From the NCBI GenBank assembly GCA_963840035.1, contig CAWIXE010000002.1, positions 800,001 through 864,000 on the forward strand: a stretch of DNA of 64,000 nucleotides, in the 5' to 3' direction. This document shows positions 59,438 through 64,000 of the stretch, one piece after another. Under the pieces are notes generated by a model. It did not search any database, was not told the origin of the DNA, and worked only from the letters and a program-made list of their open reading frames with translations. Both the position numbers and the translations under genes were made by a program. Each line of letters opens with the position of its first letter. Position 1 is the stretch's first letter. This stretch comes from a candidate division FCPU426 bacterium. GTDB taxonomy: Bacteria > Oederibacteriota > PGYV01 > Palsa-1178.

Positions 59438-62179
59438 TTATTTAAATATGATTTTTTTTAATTTAAGAGTGCCTTTTCCCTGGCTGCCCGGAATGGAAAT
59501 TTCTACAGAGCCAATGGACTGAAGGTCAAGAATATCATTGCCGTTCTGATTTCCCCAGTACATAAATGGCCTTATATCTGAAAGAGCTATAGTAACTATT
59601 TCCCATTTGCCTTTACCCGTATATTCGCCGGTAGTATATGTTTCGCCGTCAGCCCCGTTTTTACCCTGAAAAGAACCGCTTGAATCCTGATGTTTTGCTC
59701 CTGTCTCAACGAATTTCGCCACCCATATTATGTCTTTTGGAATAAACATCTCAAATTCAACCCTCTCATTGCCGTTCATATTGGCGCCGCCGGTTATGGT
59801 TTTTCCACCGAAATTTGGTAAAATGCTGATACCGCAGCCCCAGTCCTTACCGGTGTCAAAATCATATGTGACAGTTTGATCTTCATTTATGTATGGTTTA
59901 TTTTGAGCGCTTGAACCGTAAGAAGCGACAGACTCGCAATCGGCATTAAAGAAAACCCCGTTATTAATGCGTTTTCCTTTGCTGTAAGTTACCCTGTTAA
60001 CCAGAAAACTATAGGATGAAAAAGCGAGGGGGTTTTTGCCTTTCCAAATCGCGGGATTAGATGACATTATAAGTCCGCAATCGTTCATCATGCTTTTATA
60101 AGCAGTCGCTGTTTTTTTCGGGTATTTTTTTTCCAATACAGCGCACCAGTTCTGCTGTGCCTGCGTAAATCCTTCCGAAGCAGAAGCGGCCATTATCATA
60201 ACAAATATTTCTCTCCGGTAGGCCTTAAGCAGATAATCATAGTTTAAGAAAGGTTCTGTTGCGGTTTCAAAGAATTTATCTTTCATTTTTGCCGCATAAA
60301 GCATTTTCAGTTTTTTTGTAATTGCCGGGTTATAAAGGCCGTTGTCGCCGCGGCTTCTGTTAGCTATTATCCGGTCCAGAGTGTCATATGCCCTGATTTG
60401 CGCGCCGGAATTTTCGCTCTTATATATGACATTAAAAAGCGTATTAAAGGCCTCCTGCGCATTTGGGGCGTCAGGCTGGAATATTATCTCTTTAGCAAGC
60501 GTTTCAGCGGATTCATAGTCGTTTTCGGATTTTAATAAAAGTTTAAGGCGGAGAGTTTGCGCGCTGTATTTTGCGGGATTGTATGACGGAGCGGAGAGCG
60601 CAAAATCAAGGAGCTTTTTTGTTTCATTGTTTACCGTTCCGGAATCAGCTGTCATTAATTCGGCAAGATCGTAGGCGGCATAATAGGAATAATCATTTGT
60701 TTTTTCGGCAATGACGGATTTGAGAGTTATAATTGTATTTTCCATATCTCCGGAATCAAGGAGCGCGCATGCCTTTTTATAAAGGTACATGGACCTGTCT
60801 TCCGGAGTGATTGCCCTTCTTATGAGCTCATCATACGAGTCTACGGACTGTTTTATCCTTCCTTCAAGCCTGTAATTGTCAGCTGCGGTCAGCAGGTCCA
60901 GGTCCTTATAAAGTTTTCTGGTGTATATCTCGACTTTTTTAACCAGCATATTTCTTCCATAAAAGCCGAATTTAAATGTGCCGCCTTCGCCTTTTTTTAG
61001 TTTTTTTATCATTGCTTTCACAGGTTTACCCTGGTCGAGTTTAAATATAAGCACATCCCTGTCGTAAGTAATAATTATCCTGTGAACCGATCCGCTTCCC
61101 CGGAAAGGCTCAATCTTTGAAGCGGAGTCCTCCATTTTAAGGAGATGGTTTCCCGTGCCTGCGTTAAGAAGGGCAAATCCCGGCTGCAGTTCTATATAAC
61201 TGAAAAGCCCGTCCCACTCATAGTAAATTTTATGGCCGGACGCCGGATAATATGGCGTGACGGACTTCATGTCTGTTGCCGCCATGAAGTTCATGTAAGC
61301 GCTTTTTTTCTCGTTGCTCATTTTTAAATCAATGATTGCCATGAAGGGCTGTTTGGGCAGTTCCTTTCTTGGCCGTACGGGATTGTCATTGACAAGGAGC
61401 ATTTCCTTTTTTTTGTCGTCAAGTTCATAATCGTAACTGCGGATCCAGTTATTGTCAAACGCAGCTGTCGAATTCAGTTTTTCAGTTATCCAGGGAGTCC
61501 ATTTCTGCCTTTCAACAAGGTCGGCGGCATAAGGCTTCAAATAGATGAAGCCAAATACTATCACTGCCAGAGACGCCGCGAGTAATCCGCGTATGATTCC
61601 CTTTTTATATTTTTCTTTTCTGCGTTTATCCATGACAGCCCGGAAAACCTCATCCGTCGGATATATCCAGTATGCTTTGACAGGCTGCGGTATGTTCTTC
61701 AGGTTCAAAAGCCCTGTTTTTTCATGCCGTATGCCTTTTGGCATGGCAACAACATTAAAAAACTCCTCAGAAACACATATGCCGCCATGAGGCGCCTGGG
61801 ACTCAAGCCGGGATGCTATGTTTACATCATGGCCGAAAAGGTCGCTTCCCTTGCGCATGGCCTCGCCTGTATGAATGCCTATGCGTATGCGCTTTTGCCC
61901 TGCAAATTCTTTTTCCATCATACGCTGAATGGAAATGGCTGCGCCAAGCGCTTTCTCACATGATGCATATTCGGCCATGAATGAATCGCCGATAGTTTTA
62001 ACTACCCTGCCGGAGGAAGATTTAATTATTTTATTCAGGATGGCGTCATGTTTTCTGAGGAAATCCAGCGTCCCTGTCGGGTCCGCGCTCATCATGCGGC
62101 TGTAGCCGACAATGTCGGTGAACATTATTACGGCCGTGCCGGACGGATTTCCGGTTTTAGATGTGTTTTTTTTCCTCAC
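59438..62179 (-). CDS. Class III adenylate cyclase with TM helix and large extracytoplasmic region (TPR plus CBM-like)
   Basis: FTDIVGYS, KTIGDSFM, RIGIHTG, DLFGHDVNIASRLE; TM at about aa 195-213; C-terminal WEIVTIALSD...LDLQSIGSVEI...GTLKLKKI. Confidence 0.88.
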   Translation of the reverse strand: MRKKNTSKTGNPSGTAVIMFTDIVGYSRMMSADPTGTLDFLRKHDAILNKIIKSSSGRVVKTIGDSFMAEYASCEKALGAAISIQRMMEKEFAGQKRIRIGIHTGEAMRKGSDLFGHDVNIASRLESQAPHGGICVSEEFFNVVAMPKGIRHEKTGLLNLKNIPQPVKAYWIYPTDEVFRAVMDKRRKEKYKKGIIRGLLAASLAVIVFGFIYLKPYAADLVERQKWTPWITEKLNSTAAFDNNWIRSYDYELDDKKKEMLLVNDNPVRPRKELPKQPFMAIIDLKMSNEKKSAYMNFMAATDMKSVTPYYPASGHKIYYEWDGLFSYIELQPGFALLNAGTGNHLLKMEDSASKIEPFRGSGSVHRIIITYDRDVLIFKLDQGKPVKAMIKKLKKGEGGTFKFGFYGRNMLVKKVEIYTRKLYKDLDLLTAADNYRLEGRIKQSVDSYDELIRRAITPEDRSMYLYKKACALLDSGDMENTIITLKSVIAEKTNDYSYYAAYDLAELMTADSGTVNNETKKLLDFALSAPSYNPAKYSAQTLRLKLLLKSENDYESAETLAKEIIFQPDAPNAQEAFNTLFNVIYKSENSGAQIRAYDTLDRIIANRSRGDNGLYNPAITKKLKMLYAAKMKDKFFETATEPFLNYDYLLKAYRREIFVMIMAASASEGFTQAQQNWCAVLEKKYPKKTATAYKSMMNDCGLIMSSNPAIWKGKNPLAFSSYSFLVNRVTYSKGKRINNGVFFNADCESVASYGSSAQNKPYINEDQTVTYDFDTGKDWGCGISILPNFGGKTITGGANMNGNERVEFEMFIPKDIIWVAKFVETGAKHQDSSGSFQGKNGADGETYTTGEYTGKGKWEIVTIALSDIRPFMYWGNQNGNDILDLQSIGSVEISIPGSQGKGTLKLKKIIFK

Positions 62180-62369
62180 GCTGGCTCCTTTTATATTATG
62201 ATTAAATATTATAACATAAAAAAGACGCCTTACAGTTTTAATAATGCGGCGTTTTAATGGGGCATCCTGAAATGAGCGGTTTTGTCTTACTGCATGTTCA
62301 ACAAAATAGGCCGCTTTGCAAATTAAAAGCGTGTTTATGAAATTTGTGTGAGAATAATGCAGGCAAGTG

Positions 62370-63164
62370 TTAGCCGAGCTTTCGCAATACTCCGTTTATG
62401 GTCATGGGTTTTTTATCAACTATATCCACGGAACTCCACGCGTCCATCATGTATTTGTCAATATAAGCGTAAGGCAGATAACCATAGCCCTTGTCTCCCC
62501 ACTCTTCGCCCCAGCTGTTCTTGAATTTTACCATTTTCATCGCGTCATCATAACCCACCGGGCAGATGGCGTGGCCGCCTATTTCCCGTTCGCCGCGTTT
62601 TGGCATCGGCACTTTGCCTGTGCGGGTATTCATTATGCCTGAATAACAGATGATGCCGATAACGCAGGGGCCTTTATGCGCCAGGTTTAGTTTCAGCTCG
62701 TTTAAGTCGAGTATGCGGGCGTAGCTTAAAATCCTGTTCTTTTTAGCGTCCGCCAGGATCTTTCTGGAGGGCGCGTCAGGGCCGTTGTTATCATGGGGTT
62801 CATATCGCCAGTATTGTTCAAGGCACACACCAAGATTCTTCAAAACTTTCATTGCTATCCTTATCTGCGTTCCTTCGCTCTGCGGATGGCCGTCAAGTTT
62901 TTTGCACTCGTTGTAAACAAACCGCGGTGAGAGTTCGAGTGTCTTTTTATATTCGGATTTTTCCTGGTATTCCTTCATGCCCACGGTGGAAGCAAACCCG
63001 ACGCAGGTCCCTTCGTCGCCCTGGCTGCGCACCGGCGTCATTTTCCGGGTAAAATCGATTTTTTCAGGCAGTTTAATGAGCGGCAGATACGCCCTCATCA
63101 GATGGTCGCGGTCATCCCGCGTGTCTTTCTTAAGGCCGAACATTTTTCTGGTAATTTTAATCAT
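62370..63164 (-). CDS. Papain-like C1A cysteine peptidase
   Basis: QGDEGTC, GGHAICPVGYDD, KNSWGEEWGDKGY. Confidence 0.95.
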   Translation of the reverse strand: MIKITRKMFGLKKDTRDDRDHLMRAYLPLIKLPEKIDFTRKMTPVRSQGDEGTCVGFASTVGMKEYQEKSEYKKTLELSPRFVYNECKKLDGHPQSEGTQIRIAMKVLKNLGVCLEQYWRYEPHDNNGPDAPSRKILADAKKNRILSYARILDLNELKLNLAHKGPCVIGIICYSGIMNTRTGKVPMPKRGEREIGGHAICPVGYDDAMKMVKFKNSWGEEWGDKGYGYLPYAYIDKYMMDAWSSVDIVDKKPMTINGVLRKLG

Positions 63165-63340
63165 AATCCCCCCTGTGTTTCAGCAAAATTTTGTTTTCCC
63201 CTTGTATTTGCGATTATAACAAAAAATGTCAAAAGGTCAATTGTTTACTCTTCATATGCGGATAAAATAACTTGATTTATCGGAATTTTAGCGTATAATT
63301 ACTACCAGTTAAGTAGCATTTAAAACCGATGGAGGTTTTC

Positions 63341-64000
63341 ATGAAAAAACACGCAAATGTTTTTGCCGCCCTTATACTTACTCTGCTATTGATATCCTGC
63401 AAAGGCGAAACCGGAGCGACAGGCCCCTCAGGCGCGCCCGGTACCACTTTCCTTGCCCAGTTCCAGAATGGTTCCCTGCCCACTACGGCATACGGCGTGC
63501 AGGACACTTATATTAACGAGGCCAGCCCCGCGTTATCATACGGCGGATGCGATGCGCTTTATGTCGGAAAAGTATCCGGCAATTCACGGCATGCGCTTCT
63601 GCTTTTCGGGTTGACCAGCATACCCGCCGGCGCAAAAGTGACAAAAGCATTCCTCACTGTCACTCCTTGGGCTATCGGGCTGACAGCGACAATCGCAAAT
63701 GTATACGCCTGCACTGATTACTGGTTTATGGGATACGGCGGATGCTCCGGCGGGACGAAGAGTTATTCGTTTGACGCCGCGTGGGACGGCCCGTGGGCTG
63801 CGCCGGGCGGCGACAGGTCCCAGCCGTTAAGCGCGGCGGTAACGGTGTCCGGAACCATGTCAACAAGGTCGGTCACATTTGAGCTGAATAAGACCATAGT
63901 TCAGAGGTGGATTGATAAGGGTATAGTTTACGGCGACGCGCAGTCAAACCTCGGTATTATGTTAGCCCCGGTCGACGACTCAGCCACGGTATCATATTTC
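63341..64000 (+). CDS. Lipoprotein with short collagen-like repeat and DNRLRE-like domain (partial; runs off the window)
   Basis: GGAGG RBS; MKKHANVFAALILTLLLISC-KGETGATGPSGAPG...QDTYINEASPALSYG...RHALLLFGLTSIPAGAKVTKAFL. Not in the ORF track. Confidence 0.8.
   Translation, partial: MKKHANVFAALILTLLLISCKGETGATGPSGAPGTTFLAQFQNGSLPTTAYGVQDTYINEASPALSYGGCDALYVGKVSGNSRHALLLFGLTSIPAGAKVTKAFLTVTPWAIGLTATIANVYACTDYWFMGYGGCSGGTKSYSFDAAWDGPWAAPGGDRSQPLSAAVTVSGTMSTRSVTFELNKTIVQRWIDKGIVYGDAQSNLGIMLAPVDDSATVSYF

Overview
Bacterial chromosomal window, mostly on the minus strand. The host is probably a diderm (heptosyltransferase, beta-barrel and TPR envelope proteins, a T9SS-CTD/FlgD-like C-terminus); a candidate phylum such as Goldbacteria/Firestonebacteria is only a guess. 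Housekeeping blocks: rho-rpmE-DUF1385-prfA-(ankyrin)-prmC-dnaE, tRNA-Glu, gap-pgk-tpiA-secG, ftsH-folE-folP-cdaA-cdaR-pdxJ-HK-sigma54 regulator, ribH-nusB, and mutS. The accessory core (about 27-43 kb) holds three things: (1) an IS30; (2) a 2,765-bp element in which one pair of inverted repeats encloses two different DDE transposase systems (IS481-like plus a frameshifted IS3-like orfA/orfB); (3) a four-gene secreted-protein operon ending in a giant gene (at least about 2,390 codons) with NlpC/P60, degenerate SpoIID-like, degenerate lipase-like and Ig/FlgD domains. That giant gene is cut by the element, and what is probably its sorting-signal tail is stranded on the other side. Other notable signals are many intergenic inverted arrays of 7-nt repeats (three share a mini-hairpin core), a complete sigma54 promoter/enhancer set driving a PilZ-HTH operon, and three +1 frameshifts that all fall at GCWGC (probably methylation-linked sequencing errors). 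No CRISPR array, rRNA or prophage was seen. All domain calls come from motif recognition by eye, not from database searches.
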